Assembly (NCBI GenBank): GCA_036172245.1
Contig: JAYWIR010000011.1
Span: forward strand, 4,278,001 to 4,342,000
Direction of reading: 5' to 3'
Source of the DNA: Raillietiella orientalis
Lineage: Eukaryota
Length of the DNA: 64,000 bases
Both the position numbers and the translations under genes were made by a program. Each line of letters starts with the position of its first letter. Within the stretch, counting starts at the first letter, position 1. Below the pieces are notes generated by a model, which made no database searches, was not told where the DNA came from, and was given only the letters and a program-made list of their open reading frames with translations. Of this stretch, positions 63,119 to 64,000 are shown piece by piece.

Positions 63119-63550
63119 ATGGTGGTAAACGCTCGTGGTCCAGTGAAGATCCAAGATCCATTTCCAAGAACATGGATCTGGCTCGTAAGGAAAAACAGGG
63201 TCGTGCATATGTATACAGTCTTCAGAAAACGAAGGAGTGAGGAGCAGCACCTGTTCTTACATTCTACGTGTCGGAGTTAATCCCCTCAGGGCTAAAGTAG
63301 GGGTGTACTTTTCAGATGGATAGAATTTCTCATAGAAGAAGAGCTGCCGGTCACAGCCGAACTGGAGGACGCCCTCCGAAACGGTGTCTATCTTGCTAAA
63401 TTGGCTCGATCCATGTTTCCCGACGACCCAAAGACAAGTAAAATATTTGACGAAGACCAGTCCTTCTATAAGAGCAAGGGTCTGCATTTCAAGCACACCG
63501 AAAACGTCAACTTGTTCTTGGAGGCTTTGAGAAAATTGAAGATGTCGGAG
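63119..63550 (+). CDS. IQGAP: Ras GTPase-activating-like protein IQGAP, N-terminal calponin-homology exons (partial; the gene continues to the right)
   Basis: Exons 63119-63236 and 63316-63550 join in frame: MDLARKEKQGRAYVYSLQKTKE|WIEFLIEEELPVTAELEDALRNGVYLAKLA...KIFDEDQSFYKSKGLHFKHTENVNLFL. This matches the IQGAP CH-domain signature (LEEGLRNGVYLAKL...GLHFRHTDN). The true start is uncertain (ATG 63172 or an unidentified upstream exon). Confidence 0.9.
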
Positions 63551-64000
63551 GTTTGTGTGTTTTGGGAAGCTTCGCTCACTATAAAAAGAAAAAACAAAAG
63601 ACTTTTTATTGCAATCATATCAAAGTAAACGGAAAAAAAAAAAAAAAAAAAAAAAAAACGAACCACGCGTGGGAACTGCACTTGTCTTCCCTACTGTCTT
63701 TGACATCAGGTCCATATTCCTACCACTTGCGATGTCTTCGAGAAAAAAAACATCCCCAAGTTGATCATTTGTTTGAACGAGCTCAGTTGCATTTTGTCCG
63801 ACGCGGGACAGAGGCCCCAGGAGTCTCCGGCCCACGAGCCGGTGAATTTCACCCGTAAGTCCAAAAGGTCCGCGTGCCCTCCCATCCCGCGCAGCAGCGT
63901 CTCCTCGTGGTGGCGATGGGGCTCACACGCGATTTGGAGGCACGTAAAGGGAATTTGCGAGGATACCCGGCGGGGAGCGACGTGCGCGCGACAACCGTGG

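Overview
Eukaryotic, arthropod-like genomic DNA with a CpG mosaic: AT-rich, CpG-poor housekeeping genes alternate with GC/CpG-rich blocks. Exon-intron structures reconstructed by hand give seven protein-coding genes. These are the 5' part of the HECT E3 ligase TRIP12/ctrip (- strand, running off the left edge), RFT1 (9 exons, introns 41-65 nt), a 7-exon claudin/PMP22-family gene, GTF3C4 (TFIIIC90, 12 exons, about 673 aa), ITFG1/LINKIN, Gemin6 and two N-terminal exons of a divergent IQGAP. Three observations stand out. (1) ITFG1 and Gemin6 have intronless CDSs and lie on the same strand inside GTF3C4 intron 1, each with a splice acceptor just before its ATG and its own polyA signal, suggesting one promoter region feeding three unrelated proteins. 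(2) GTF3C4 has a minor-spliceosome AT-AC intron (50812-51424) inside its C-terminal zinc finger. (3) A long tRNA-headed SINE-like family (three headed copies plus one fragment) has a co-varying multi-branch RNA fold and a variable-number array of UUCG hairpins. Gene names rest on motif recognition from memory; no database searches were run.
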